Below, piece after piece: positions 48,595-59,097 of a DNA stretch of 64,000 nucleotides (position 1 is the first letter of the stretch; every line of letters starts with the position of its first letter). The DNA comes from Escherichia coli. GTDB taxonomy: Bacteria; Pseudomonadota; Gammaproteobacteria; Enterobacterales; Enterobacteriaceae. Under the pieces are notes generated by a model that saw nothing but the letters and a program-made list of their open reading frames with translations, was not told the origin of the DNA and ran no database searches. The position numbers and the translations under genes are program-made. The stretch is taken from NCBI RefSeq assembly GCF_036507355.1, contig NZ_AP027877.1; one strand, written 5' to 3'.

Positions 48595-48659
48595 AGAAAG
48601 CTGCTGACCACCAGCACGCTGAACACGGTAGTTAAACTTTCATAAACACGGTTTTTCAT
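48570..48659 (-). CDS. pmrR: Small membrane protein PmrR (29 aa)
   Basis: Reverse-complement translation MKNRVYESLTTVFSVLVVSSFLYIWFATY*; GGAG RBS upstream; 3' end overlaps the last 25 nt of basS on the opposite strand. Confidence 0.8.
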   Translation of the reverse strand: MKNRVYESLTTVFSVLVVSSFLYIWFATY

Positions 48660-48773
48660 TGCACTCTCCTCCGTTAACCTGGAGGAGAGTATGCGCGTCA
48701 GAGATTAAGTGAACCTTAAGAGTTCAATTGTTGGTCTGATAAGACAGCGTCACATCAGGCCATCCGTTTCAGC

Positions 48774-50276
48774 TTATTCATCAATTCGCGGATGTTGCTG
48801 CACCAGGCGGGTACGTTTCGCCTGCAAATCGGCAATCTCGTGGTCAATATCATCGATTTTCTGCTCGATATTATCGTAATGCTCGACGAGAATTTCCTTC
48901 GCTTCCTGTATATCTGACGCCGCCGGTGTTGCACCTTTCAACGGACGATTTGCCGTCTCTTTCATGGTTACGCCGGTGATTAAACCAACCACCGCCACTA
49001 CCATCAGGTAATAGGCTGGCATCATCAGATTCTGCGAGCTTTCGACCAGCCAGGCCGCCAGTGTTGGCGTCAGACCGGCAACCAGCACCGAAATATTAAA
49101 TGCCGCCGCCAGCGCGCTGTAACGGATATGCGTCGGGAACATCGCTGGCAAGGTAGAAGCCATAACGCCCGTAAAGCAGTTAAGGATCACCGCCAGCATC
49201 AGTAACCCGGCAAAAATCAGGCCGATGACGTTACTGTTAATCAGAATAAACGCCGGGATCGCCAACACAAACAGGGCAACACTACCAAGTAGCACAAACG
49301 GACGACGGCCAAAACGGTCACTCAGCAAGCCCATCACCGGCTGGACAAACAGCATACCGATCATAATGGCGATAATAATCAGCACCCCGTGGTCTTCGGA
49401 GTAATGCAGGTTATGCGACAAATAACTCGGCATATAGGTCAGCAACATGTAGTAAGTCACGTTGGTGGCAATTACCAGACCAATACATGTCAACAGGCTG
49501 CGCCAGTATTTAGTGGCAATCTCTTTAAACGAGACTTTCGGGCCATCCTGCAAACCTTCGCGGTCGCCCTGTTCCAGTTTTTCAACATGCTGCTGGAACG
49601 CCGGAGTTTCTTCCAGCGCATGGCGCAGGTAAAGCCCGATAATCCCTAACGGCAGAGCAATAAAGAACGGAATACGCCAGCCCCAGTCGAGGAAGTTCGC
49701 TTCGCCGACAATGGTCGAAATTAACACCACCACGCCCGCACCCAGCACAAACCCGGCAATAGAACCGAAGTCCAGCCAGCTGCCCATAAAGCCACGTTTA
49801 CGGTCAGGGGAGTATTCCGCAACAAATATCGACGCCCCGGTATATTCACCGCCGACCGAGAAACCTTGTGCCATCTTACAGATCAACAGCAGAATCGGTG
49901 CCCAAATACCAATCGTGTCGTAGGACGGTATTAAGCCAATACAGAACGTACTGATCGACATAATCACAATAGTGATAGCGAGGATCTTCTGGCGACCATA
50001 TTTATCGCCCAACATACCAAAGAAGAGCCCGCCAAGCGGTCGAATCAGAAAGGGAACGGAGAACGTGGCAAGTGCAGCAACCATCTGCACGCTGGGGTCA
50101 GCCCCCGGGAAAAAAACTTTACCTAATGCGTAAGCAACAAAACCATAAACACCAAAATCGAACCATTCCATTGCATTACCCAGTGATGCTGCGGTAATGG
50201 CTTTACGCAGTTTACCGTCATCAATAATGGTGACATCACGAAGGGTAATCGGTTTTACTTTTTTCCTTTTCAGCAT
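48774..50276 (-). CDS. proP: Proline/glycine betaine:H+ symporter ProP (500 aa)
   Basis: Within track ORF 48774..50309(-); start placed at MLKRKKVKPITLRDVTIIDDGKLRKAITAASLGNAMEWFDFGVYGF...; C-terminal coiled-coil extension. Confidence 0.95.
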   Translation of the reverse strand: MLKRKKVKPITLRDVTIIDDGKLRKAITAASLGNAMEWFDFGVYGFVAYALGKVFFPGADPSVQMVAALATFSVPFLIRPLGGLFFGMLGDKYGRQKILAITIVIMSISTFCIGLIPSYDTIGIWAPILLLICKMAQGFSVGGEYTGASIFVAEYSPDRKRGFMGSWLDFGSIAGFVLGAGVVVLISTIVGEANFLDWGWRIPFFIALPLGIIGLYLRHALEETPAFQQHVEKLEQGDREGLQDGPKVSFKEIATKYWRSLLTCIGLVIATNVTYYMLLTYMPSYLSHNLHYSEDHGVLIIIAIMIGMLFVQPVMGLLSDRFGRRPFVLLGSVALFVLAIPAFILINSNVIGLIFAGLLMLAVILNCFTGVMASTLPAMFPTHIRYSALAAAFNISVLVAGLTPTLAAWLVESSQNLMMPAYYLMVVAVVGLITGVTMKETANRPLKGATPAASDIQEAKEILVEHYDNIEQKIDDIDHEIADLQAKRTRLVQQHPRIDE

Positions 50277-50539
50277 AGCTTTCCTCGCAGAGTTGGCCCA
50301 TTTCCGCAAACGCCAGAAAAATCAGCGCGACGGCCGCAAAAGGGGAGCGGGAATTGCAGGATGCAATCTCTGTAACAAGCGTAGCGGGTTTGCTTACACC
50401 CTCCGGTTAAGGAATGTACAATCAAACCAGTTGACGCCTGAATTGGGCAGTTAATGACCTTTTTACCCTACCAGCGTTTAAATTTGTGATCAACTTCACA
50501 CATGAATTTCGTTTAGGACTCATTGATGTAACTGATTAT

Positions 50540-51418
50540 TTACACTAAATTTACAGAGAAGATTTCCTCGAGCATTGCCCCCGCCAGACGCTGCGCTGAA
50601 CAGAGTCGTGGCATCCCCAGCGCGACAGTTTGCCAGCGTTGGGTCACTGACCAGCAAACGGGTTGTTTATCTGCCGTGGTCCACTTTCCCAGCCAACTTA
50701 AAAAATCAGCATGATCCCCGCCCGTCGGAACGGTCGAAGAGGCAAACCACTGATGGTAATAGTGACGCGTGGTCGGGGCCGCATTGATACTCTCTGCCAG
50801 ATGTTGTGTCGCTTTCACGCGCAAATCACCCAGCAACAACGCCACCGCTTGCGGGCTTCCCAGACGGCAGGCATCGCCAAATGCCCCCCAACGCAACTCT
50901 TCGAGAACGATAAAACAGCGCCCAGGCAACGACCAGGCGTTATACGCCCCAGCACGCCAGCGGGTAAAAATTTGCTCGCTCTGTTCACCTGCCTGCACCA
51001 GTAGGCCCCGTTGCGTTAACGCCTTTTCCTTCCAGCGACAACGGGCTGAAAACCACTCATACAAGGCGGCAATTTGCTGGGGGAGCTCCGGGAAAGCAGA
51101 GTGCTGGCGGTGATCCATTTTTTGCAGCAGCGCCAGATGTTGCGCGATCTGCGTCAGTGCCAGATGACCGGGATCCAGCATCGACGCCAGTTTTTCCACC
51201 AATGTCAAACGCAGGCTAAGCGGCGCATTTAACATTCCGCCGTTCGCCCATGTCTGAAGCTGCACGCGCGCAAGAAGTTCCTGCATCAGTCGTTCACGAA
51301 ACTGCTGCTGATGGGCTTGTGGAAGGCGGGCATCATCGCCCTGCGCCAGATCCACTAAAAAGCGCGGATGAACCGACTCCAGCACGCGACCGGGGCCGTC
51401 CAGTAACGTCTTGGTCAA
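50540..51418 (-). CDS. yjcZ: Uncharacterised protein YjcZ (292 aa)
   Basis: Track ORF 50540..51418(-); recognised as YjcZ; 4-bp overlap with upstream crfC. Confidence 0.85.
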   Translation of the reverse strand: MTKTLLDGPGRVLESVHPRFLVDLAQGDDARLPQAHQQQFRERLMQELLARVQLQTWANGGMLNAPLSLRLTLVEKLASMLDPGHLALTQIAQHLALLQKMDHRQHSAFPELPQQIAALYEWFSARCRWKEKALTQRGLLVQAGEQSEQIFTRWRAGAYNAWSLPGRCFIVLEELRWGAFGDACRLGSPQAVALLLGDLRVKATQHLAESINAAPTTRHYYHQWFASSTVPTGGDHADFLSWLGKWTTADKQPVCWSVTQRWQTVALGMPRLCSAQRLAGAMLEEIFSVNLV

Positions 51419-53643
51419 TATCGTTCTGCCGTGAAAAGTGTTTGAATATCATCGCGTAACAGCTGGGCGTCGGTGTAAATCCAGCCGTGAGTCATCACAG
51501 TCTGCTGCAATTGCTGCTGCATCAGCCTGACCACCGATTCATTTTGTTGACGCAGAGCCAGACTTTCGCGTAAACGCGTCTGTAATTCCGTCAAACATGA
51601 AGCGAACTCAGCGAAAAAAGTATTCATGCCTGCCGTAACAGATTCATCGACCTGCTCTGCCAGAACTTTAGCCATTTGTTGGCAATAGAGATCGACTTCT
51701 GCGCTTAATGCTCGTTGCAACACACTGTAATCAACCGTTTCTGTCGGGGATTTCTCATTTCCCCGTCCCCAGTCGGGCTGATTCAACCAGCGCGAAAAAG
51801 TCTCACGCACAACGCCTAAACGCGTGCTCTGCTCGTCCGTTGCTTCCTGGCGCGAAATGACTTCACTGAACAGCTGGCGAGTGTTGAAGTGGGGAACTGC
51901 GCCGTGAAAAACAGGAAAATGAAACCCAGGACGAAACCCTGACTCGCTCAATTCCATTTTGATTTGTTGCTCAATGGGGCGAATAACATCGGTTAACACC
52001 CGGCAAAGGGTGGATTCCAGCTCGGCAAAACGCAGCGTAAAGTCGCGACTGATGGTGTTCTGCGCCGTCTGTAACAGTGTCTCACAGCGGGTACGAATCT
52101 CGCTTAACGGCTCCGAATCATCCTGAAACAACGCGGCTAACTGCGCATTCAGCGCATCTTGCTGTTGACGCAGAAAGAGGTTGGCGGAGGTCAGGGCCAG
52201 CTCGATTTCATGTTTAATCTCGCCGCTCACCTGCGCCTGATTGAGTTGCAATAGCTGCAAACTTTCTTCGACCTGATGGATATTTTGCCGCAATTGTTCA
52301 CAAGCGACGTTTAACCCGTGCGCACGAAAATCCAGGTATTCCCGCGCCTGCTGCGCGTAATTCAACAGTTTATGCGCGGCAGATCGCAGAGCATACAACG
52401 AGGCGTTAGCATAAGCGGCATGAAGCAACGCCTGAATTGGCTGGGCGAACAGCGAATCTTCCCACAACTGATCGGCAGCATGACGAATATGTTCGAGGTC
52501 CGCCAGATCGGCATGACGCCAGCGCCTGCCGAGCGCGGCATGGGCAAAATCTTCCACCCAGCGTTGTTGCTCTGGCGCTGGTAACTTACCGTTGTTGGCT
52601 AACTCATGGCGCGCCCGATTCGCCAGGTAGCCCCACATCGACGACACCGGAAATATCTGCTGTGGCGTAATACAGCCTTTCATCAGCGTTCCGGAAATCA
52701 GTGCCCGCACCTGGTCGGCGTCGTCACTGTTACGATCCTGTTGATCGAACTTATTGACCAGCACATACAGCGGCACCGATTGCCCCACCGCCAAAATCGC
52801 CTCACGGACCTCTTCATCGGAGATCGATTTCAGTTGCGTATAATCCAGCACCGCCAGTACCGCCGAGGCGCGTGCCAGCTGCTGGTTAAGCATTTTTTGC
52901 AGATGCGGTTGCCCGGCTTCATTTGGCCCGGGGGTATCCAGTAACGTCAACTGACCGGGATAACTCTCCAGCCCCGCCAGATGGACAAACTCCACTTCAA
53001 TCACGGGAATATGCTCAATGGCGGCGTAAGCAGAAAAAGGAAAATCGACGTCCAGCGCCTTCGCCAGTCGCACCAAATCATTCAAACTTTTCAGACAATG
53101 AAAAATAGGCTGGGCACCCAGATAATATTTTTCGAAAGCGACGCCATTTTCGATCCGCTGCATAAGCGCACGCATATCTTTATCTATTTCCAGCACATCG
53201 GTCAGATGCTTAATATCGCAATCACGCAGGCGCTGTTGTAATTTTTGAATTAAACAATCGATTGGCGCGACATGTGAAAAATGCAGTACCGGTTCCTTTT
53301 GCCCGGGCGTATGGCGAATAAGCGTCGGCAGGGCAGTCATTGGGCGATTGCGATTAGGCAGAACCTCCGTACCAACAATGGCATTAATGGTGGTTGATTT
53401 CCCTGCTTTCATAGTACCGACAATCGCCAGCACCATTTCCAGTTGGGAAATTTTACGCAACTCATTATTCAGCATCGCGTGACGCTCGGCGATATTAGGC
53501 TGACTCCAGGGTAAAGCCAGTTGTGGCGCATCGTCTCCGGGTACAGAGAGAGGCATTTTTTCCAGTAACTGCAACTGTTGGCGAGAAAGCTGTAACAGGC
53601 GTTCAGCCTCCTGACTTAACTCATACAGGGTCTGTGTGTACAT
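51415..53643 (-). CDS. crfC: Dynamin-like GTPase CrfC/YjdA (742 aa)
   Basis: Track ORF 51415..53643(-); N-terminal GTPase P-loop GTMKAGKST and long coiled-coil regions. Confidence 0.9.
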   Translation of the reverse strand: MYTQTLYELSQEAERLLQLSRQQLQLLEKMPLSVPGDDAPQLALPWSQPNIAERHAMLNNELRKISQLEMVLAIVGTMKAGKSTTINAIVGTEVLPNRNRPMTALPTLIRHTPGQKEPVLHFSHVAPIDCLIQKLQQRLRDCDIKHLTDVLEIDKDMRALMQRIENGVAFEKYYLGAQPIFHCLKSLNDLVRLAKALDVDFPFSAYAAIEHIPVIEVEFVHLAGLESYPGQLTLLDTPGPNEAGQPHLQKMLNQQLARASAVLAVLDYTQLKSISDEEVREAILAVGQSVPLYVLVNKFDQQDRNSDDADQVRALISGTLMKGCITPQQIFPVSSMWGYLANRARHELANNGKLPAPEQQRWVEDFAHAALGRRWRHADLADLEHIRHAADQLWEDSLFAQPIQALLHAAYANASLYALRSAAHKLLNYAQQAREYLDFRAHGLNVACEQLRQNIHQVEESLQLLQLNQAQVSGEIKHEIELALTSANLFLRQQQDALNAQLAALFQDDSEPLSEIRTRCETLLQTAQNTISRDFTLRFAELESTLCRVLTDVIRPIEQQIKMELSESGFRPGFHFPVFHGAVPHFNTRQLFSEVISRQEATDEQSTRLGVVRETFSRWLNQPDWGRGNEKSPTETVDYSVLQRALSAEVDLYCQQMAKVLAEQVDESVTAGMNTFFAEFASCLTELQTRLRESLALRQQNESVVRLMQQQLQQTVMTHGWIYTDAQLLRDDIQTLFTAERY

Positions 53644-54044
53644 AGAAAATTCTTCCTTAAAGCAAATTTTATTACTTTTATTTAGCCAGATTGTTTTTGA
53701 GTTCTGTTTTCGGCTTTTATAATTACTGCAAGAAATAATTTTATATTTAGAGTGTTGTTTTTTATTAGAATAAATAACATCTTCCGATACGTTTAAAACG
53801 TCAGAAAGATAAAAATATCATGTGAATTAAAAAAAGAACAAGTAGAGCATTAACCTTATCTTAAATAATAAATGGAGGCAAAAAGATTATTTTCTTTTTG
53901 CGTTTCCTTTCAAATGAAAACGATCGTCGTCTAAAATCAGCAGTACCCCCGACAAACTCAGGGATTTTGTGTATAATTGCGGCCTTTTTCGGCAATCTGC
54001 CGTTTTTTGGCGCTTTTGCCCTGCTGACTTTTGAGGAAATCCAC

Positions 54045-54380
54045 ATGTCATTACCACACTGCCCAAAATGCAACTCCGAATACACCTACGAAGATAACGG
54101 CATGTACATCTGCCCGGAATGTGCCTACGAATGGAACGACGCAGAACCTGCACAGGAAAGCGATGAGCTGATCGTTAAAGATGCTAACGGCAATCTGCTG
54201 GCTGACGGCGACAGCGTTACCATCATTAAAGATCTGAAGGTGAAAGGTAGCTCTTCGATGCTGAAAATTGGCACCAAAGTGAAAAACATCCGCCTGGTTG
54301 AAGGCGACCATAACATCGATTGCAAAATCGACGGTTTTGGTCCGATGAAACTGAAATCTGAGTTTGTGAAAAAGAACTGA
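54045..54380 (+). CDS. phnA: Zinc-ribbon protein PhnA/YjdM (111 aa)
   Basis: Within track ORF 53898..54380; start ATG 54045 ([30 protein letters not shown]...) with two CxxC pairs. Confidence 0.9.
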
Positions 54381-54392
54381 TTGTATTGTGAT

Positions 54393-54545
<153 letters not shown>

Positions 54546-54607
54546 CCCCTCACCTGTACAAATTTCGAACTACACTTAACAGGCTTCTCTTCACTGAGGT
54601 CACCATC

Positions 54608-55051
54608 ATGCCGTTAAGTCCCTACATCTCTTTTGCCGGTAACTGTGCCGACGCGATTGCTTATTATCAACGCACATTGGGCGCGGAACTGCTCTATAAA
54701 ATCAGCTTCGGCGAAATGCCAAAATCAGCGCAGGACAGCGCCGAGAACTGCCCTTCCGGAATGCAATTTCCCGATACTGCCATCGCTCATGCCAACGTGC
54801 GTATTGCCGGAAGCGACATCATGATGAGCGATGCTATACCGTCAGGAAAAGCCAGCTACTCCGGTTTTACGCTGGTGCTCGATTCGCAACAGGTCGAAGA
54901 AGGAAAACGCTGGTTTGATAACCTTGCAGCTAACGGAAAAATCGAAATGGCCTGGCAGGAAACTTTCTGGGCGCATGGCTTCGGCAAAGTCACCGATAAA
55001 TTTGGCGTACCGTGGATGATTAATGTTGTCAAACAACAACCAACGCAATAA
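54608..55051 (+). CDS. phnB: Glyoxalase/bleomycin-resistance-fold protein PhnB/YjdN (147 aa)
   Basis: Within track ORF 54440..55051 (upstream part is REP read-through); start ATG 54608 (MPLSPYISFAGNCADAIAYYQRTLGAELLYK...). Confidence 0.9.
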   Translation: MPLSPYISFAGNCADAIAYYQRTLGAELLYKISFGEMPKSAQDSAENCPSGMQFPDTAIAHANVRIAGSDIMMSDAIPSGKASYSGFTLVLDSQQVEEGKRWFDNLAANGKIEMAWQETFWAHGFGKVTDKFGVPWMINVVKQQPTQ

Positions 55052-55106
55052 TCCGCCGGGAGGCCCGCCCTCCCGCACTGTCATCGAATTCCCGTTAACT
55101 CTTCAT

Positions 55107-55142
55107 CTGTTAGTCACTTTTAATTAACCAAATCGTCACAAT
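55107..55142 (+). promoter_or_regulatory. Putative Pho box (PhoB-binding site) of the phnC promoter
   Basis: CTGTTAGTCACTTTTAATTAACCAAATCGTCACAAT about 40-75 bp upstream of phnC, with CTGT/TCAC repeats resembling Pho-box half-sites. Confidence 0.5.
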
Positions 55143-55183
55143 AATCCGCCACGATGGAGCCACTTTTTTAGGGAGGCTCCAGC

Positions 55184-55972
55184 ATGCAAACGATTATCCG
55201 TGTCGAGAAGCTCGCCAAAACCTTCAATCAGCATCAGGCGCTGCATGCGGTTGATCTGAACATTCATCACGGTGAAATGGTGGCTCTGCTTGGGCCGTCG
55301 GGTTCCGGCAAATCCACCCTTTTACGTCACTTAAGCGGCCTGATTGTCGGCGATAAAAAACCAGAATGCCGCGTCGAACTGCTGGGCCGTACCGTCCAGC
55401 AAAATGGCCGTCTGGCCCGCGATATCCGCAAAAGCCGCGCCCATACCGGCTACATCTTCCAACAATTCAACCTGGTGAATCGCCTGAGCGTACTGGAGAA
55501 CGTGCTGATTGGCGCGCTCGGCAGCACGCCGTTCTGGCGCACCTGTTTTAGCTACTTCACCCGCGAGCAGAAACAGCGCGCGTTACAGGCGCTGACCCGC
55601 GTTGGCATGGTGCATTTTGCCCATCAACGCGTTTCCACCCTCTCCGGCGGCCAGCAGCAGCGTGTGGCGATTGCCCGCGCGCTGATGCAGCAGGCGAAAG
55701 TGATTCTCGCAGACGAACCGATCGCCTCGCTGGACCCGGAATCGGCGCGCATCGTGATGGACACCCTGCGCGACATCAACCAGAACGACGGCATCACCGT
55801 GGTCGTCACGCTGCATCAGGTGGATTACGCCCTGCGCTACTGCGAGCGCATCGTCGCCCTGCGTCAGGGGCACGTCTTCTACGACGGCAGCAGCCAACAG
55901 TTTGATAACGAACGTTTTGACCATCTCTACCGCAGCATTAACCGCGTCGAAGAGAACGCGAAAGCTGCCTGA
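55184..55972 (+). CDS. phnC: Phosphonate ABC transporter ATP-binding protein PhnC (262 aa)
   Basis: Track ORF 55184..55972; Walker [10 protein letters not shown], signature LSGGQQQR. Confidence 0.95.
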   Translation: MQTIIRVEKLAKTFNQHQALHAVDLNIHHGEMVALLGPSGSGKSTLLRHLSGLIVGDKKPECRVELLGRTVQQNGRLARDIRKSRAHTGYIFQQFNLVNRLSVLENVLIGALGSTPFWRTCFSYFTREQKQRALQALTRVGMVHFAHQRVSTLSGGQQQRVAIARALMQQAKVILADEPIASLDPESARIVMDTLRDINQNDGITVVVTLHQVDYALRYCERIVALRQGHVFYDGSSQQFDNERFDHLYRSINRVEENAKAA

Positions 55973-55996
55973 CATCCCCATCATTGAGGAAAACGA

Positions 55997-57013
55997 ATGA
56001 ACGCTAAGATAATTGCCTCGCTGGCCTTCACCAGCATGTTCAGCCTCAGCACCCTGTTTAGCCCGGCGCACGCCGAGGAGCAGGAAAAGGCGCTGAATTT
56101 CGGCATTATTTCAACGGAATCACAGCAAAACCTGAAACCGCAATGGACGCCGTTTTTACAGGATATGGAGAAGAAGCTGGGCGTGAAGGTCAACGCCTTC
56201 TTTGCCCCGGACTACGCGGGCATTATCCAGGGAATGCGTTTCAACAAAGTGGATATCGCCTGGTACGGCAACCTGTCGGCGATGGAAGCAGTGGATCGCG
56301 CCAACGGTCAGGTCTTCGCTCAGACCGTCGCGGCGGATGGATCGCCGGGTTACTGGAGCGTGTTAATCGTCAACAAAGACAGCCCGATCAACAACCTGAG
56401 CGATCTGCTGGCGAAGCGGAAAGATCTCACCTTCGGCAATGGCGATCCTAACTCCACCTCTGGCTTCCTCGTCCCCGGCTACTACGTCTTCGCCAAAAAC
56501 AATATCTCCGCCAGCGACTTCAAGCGCACCGTCAACGCCGGGTATGAAACCAACGCGCTGGCCGTCGCCAACAAGCAGGTGGATGTGGCGACCAACAACA
56601 CCGAAAACCTCGACAAGCTGAAAACCTCCGCACCGGACAAGCTCAAAGAACTGAAAGTGATCTGGAAGTCGCCGCTGATCCCAGGCGATCCGATCGTCTG
56701 GCGCAAGAATCTTTCCGAAACCACCAAAGACAAGATCTACGACTTCTTTATGAACTACGGCAAAACGCCGGAAGAAAAAGCGGTGCTGGAACGCCTGGGC
56801 TGGGCGCCGTTCCGCGCTTCCAGCGACCTGCAACTGGTGTCGATTCGCCAGCTCGCGCTGTTTAAAGAGATGCAGGGCGTGAAAAGCAATAAAGGACTGA
56901 ATGAGCAGGACAAGCTGGCAAAAACCACCGAGATTCAGGCGCAGCTGGATGACCTGGACCGCCTGAACAACGCGCTAAGCGCGATGAGTTCGGTGAGTAA
57001 AGCGGTGCAGTAA
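55997..57013 (+). CDS. phnD: Phosphonate ABC transporter periplasmic binding protein PhnD (338 aa)
   Basis: Track ORF 55997..57013; signal peptide then binding-protein fold. Confidence 0.95.
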   Translation: MNAKIIASLAFTSMFSLSTLFSPAHAEEQEKALNFGIISTESQQNLKPQWTPFLQDMEKKLGVKVNAFFAPDYAGIIQGMRFNKVDIAWYGNLSAMEAVDRANGQVFAQTVAADGSPGYWSVLIVNKDSPINNLSDLLAKRKDLTFGNGDPNSTSGFLVPGYYVFAKNNISASDFKRTVNAGYETNALAVANKQVDVATNNTENLDKLKTSAPDKLKELKVIWKSPLIPGDPIVWRKNLSETTKDKIYDFFMNYGKTPEEKAVLERLGWAPFRASSDLQLVSIRQLALFKEMQGVKSNKGLNEQDKLAKTTEIQAQLDDLDRLNNALSAMSSVSKAVQ

Positions 57014-57015
57014 AT

Positions 57016-57105
57016 CGTAGGTCGGATAAGACGCCCCGGCGTCGCATCCGACAATGTGCAGGCGTTGATGCCGGATGCGGTGCAAGCACCTTATCCGGCC
57101 TACAG
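57016..57105. repeat. REP/BIME element
   Basis: GTAGGTCGGATAAGACGCCCCGGCGTCGCATCCGACA ... GATGCCGGATGCGGTGCAAGCACCTTATCCGGCCTAC; boundaries approximate. Confidence 0.65.
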
Positions 57106-57118
57106 ACCGGAGCCAAAC

Positions 57119-57898
57119 ATGCAAACCATCACCATCGCCCCACCCAAGCGCAGCTGGTTCTCGCTTCTGAGCTGGGCCGTTGTTCTCGCCGTGTTGGTCG
57201 TCTCGTGGCAGGGCGCGGAAATGGCCCCGCTCACGCTGATTAAAGACGGCGGCAACATGGCGACTTTCGCCGCCGACTTCTTCCCGCCTGATTTCAGCCA
57301 GTGGCAGGATTACCTCACCGAAATGGCCGTCACGCTGCAAATCGCCGTCTGGGGCACCGCGCTGGCGGTGGTTCTCTCCATCCCCTTCGGCCTGATGAGC
57401 GCCGAAAACCTGGTGCCGTGGTGGGTTTACCAGCCCGTTCGCCGCCTGATGGACGCCTGCCGCGCCATTAACGAAATGGTCTTCGCCATGCTGTTCGTGG
57501 TCGCCGTCGGCCTCGGCCCGTTCGCTGGCGTGTTGGCGCTGTTTATCCACACCACCGGCGTGCTCTCCAAACTGCTTTCCGAAGCGGTGGAAGCGATTGA
57601 ACCCGGCCCGGTGGAAGGCATTCGCGCGACCGGCGCTAACAAGCTCGAAGAGATCCTCTACGGCGTGCTGCCGCAGGTGATGCCGCTGCTGATCTCCTAC
57701 TCCCTCTATCGCTTCGAATCCAACGTCCGCTCGGCGACCGTCGTCGGCATGGTCGGCGCGGGCGGGATCGGCGTCACGCTGTGGGAAGCGATTCGCGGTT
57801 TCCAGTTCCAGCAAACCTGCGCCCTGATGGTGCTCATCATCGTCACGGTCAGCCTGCTGGATTTCCTCTCTCAACGGTTGCGTAAGCACTTTATCTGA
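57119..57898 (+). CDS. phnE: Phosphonate ABC transporter permease PhnE, uninterrupted (259 aa)
   Basis: Within track ORF 57056..57898 (upstream part is REP read-through); start ATG 57119 ([28 protein letters not shown]...); continuous single frame. Confidence 0.9.
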
Positions 57899-57918
57899 TT
57901 AGCGAGGCATTGATAGCT

Positions 57919-58644
57919 ATGCACTTGTCTACACATCCGACCAGCTACCCAACACGCTATCAGGAGATAGCCGCAAAACTTGAGCAGGAGCTTCGTCAAC
58001 ACTACCGCTGCGGCGACTATCTTCCCGCCGAGCAGCAGCTGGCGGCGCGCTTTGAGGTAAACCGCCACACCCTGCGCCGCGCCATCGACCAACTGGTGGA
58101 AAAAGGCTGGGTACAGCGCCGTCAGGGCGTCGGCGTGCTGGTGCTGATGCGCCCGTTCGATTACCCGCTCAACGCCCAGGCGCGTTTTAGCCAGAATCTG
58201 CTGGATCAGGGCAGCCATCCCACCAGCGAAAAACTGCTGTCGGTGCTGCGCCCGGCGTCTGGTCACGTCGCTGACGCGCTGGGGATAACCGAGGGGGAGA
58301 ACGTCATCCACCTGCGCACCCTGCGCCGGGTCAACGGCGTCGCGCTCTGTTTAATCGACCACTACTTTGCGGACCTCACCCTCTGGCCGACGCTGCAACG
58401 CTTCGACAGCGGTTCGCTGCACGATTTTCTGCGCGAGCAAACGGGAATTGCGCTGCGCCGCAGCCAGACGCGGATCAGCGCCCGCCGCGCCCAAGCCAAA
58501 GAGTGCCAGCGCCTTGAAATCCCGAATATGTCGCCGCTGCTGTGCGTGCGCACCCTTAACCACCGTGACGGTGAAAGCAGCCCGGCGGAGTATTCCGTCA
58601 GCCTGACGCGCGCCGACATGATTGAATTCACTATGGAGCACTGA
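57919..58644 (+). CDS. phnF: GntR-family repressor PhnF (241 aa)
   Basis: Within track ORF 57910..58644; start placed at MHLSTHPTSYPTRYQEIAAKL...; N-terminal GntR HTH, UTRA-like C-domain. Confidence 0.93.
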   Translation: MHLSTHPTSYPTRYQEIAAKLEQELRQHYRCGDYLPAEQQLAARFEVNRHTLRRAIDQLVEKGWVQRRQGVGVLVLMRPFDYPLNAQARFSQNLLDQGSHPTSEKLLSVLRPASGHVADALGITEGENVIHLRTLRRVNGVALCLIDHYFADLTLWPTLQRFDSGSLHDFLREQTGIALRRSQTRISARRAQAKECQRLEIPNMSPLLCVRTLNHRDGESSPAEYSVSLTRADMIEFTMEH

Positions 58645-59097
58645 ATGCACGCAGATACCGCGACCCGCCAGCACTGGATGTCCGTGCTGGCGCACAGCCA
58701 ACCGACTGAGCTGGCAGCCCGCCTGAACGCGCTGAACATCACCGCCGACTATGAAGTGATCCGCACCGCCGAAACTGGTCTGGTGCAGATTCAGGCGCGG
58801 ATGGGCGGCACCGGCGAACGCTTTTTTGCCGGCGACGCCACGCTCACCCGCGCCGCCGTACGCCTGACTGACGGCACGCTCGGCTACAGCTGGGTGCTGG
58901 GGCGCGACAAACAGCACGCCGAACGCTGCGCGCTGATTGACGCGCTGATGCAGCAATCTCGCCACTTTCAAAACTTATCAGAAACTCTTATTGCCCCGCT
59001 GGACGCTGACCGTATGGCACGCATTGCCGCACGCCAGGCCGAAGTGAACGCCAGCCGGGTCGACTTCTTTACGATGGTTCGCGGAGACAACGCATGA
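58645..59097 (+). CDS. phnG: C-P lyase core complex subunit PhnG (150 aa)
   Basis: Track ORF 58645..59097; recognised PhnG sequence. Confidence 0.95.
   Translation: MHADTATRQHWMSVLAHSQPTELAARLNALNITADYEVIRTAETGLVQIQARMGGTGERFFAGDATLTRAAVRLTDGTLGYSWVLGRDKQHAERCALIDALMQQSRHFQNLSETLIAPLDADRMARIAARQAEVNASRVDFFTMVRGDNA

Noticed and set aside
53644-54044. 400-bp AT-rich region between the divergent crfC and phnA genes, with small minus-strand ORFs (53861..54085, 53887..54153), considered as a hidden small gene or sRNA.
   Set aside because: The ORFs have lysine/arginine-rich low-complexity translations from AT-rich DNA and overlap the phnA start. Most simply explained as divergent promoter DNA; cannot be taken further without expression data.
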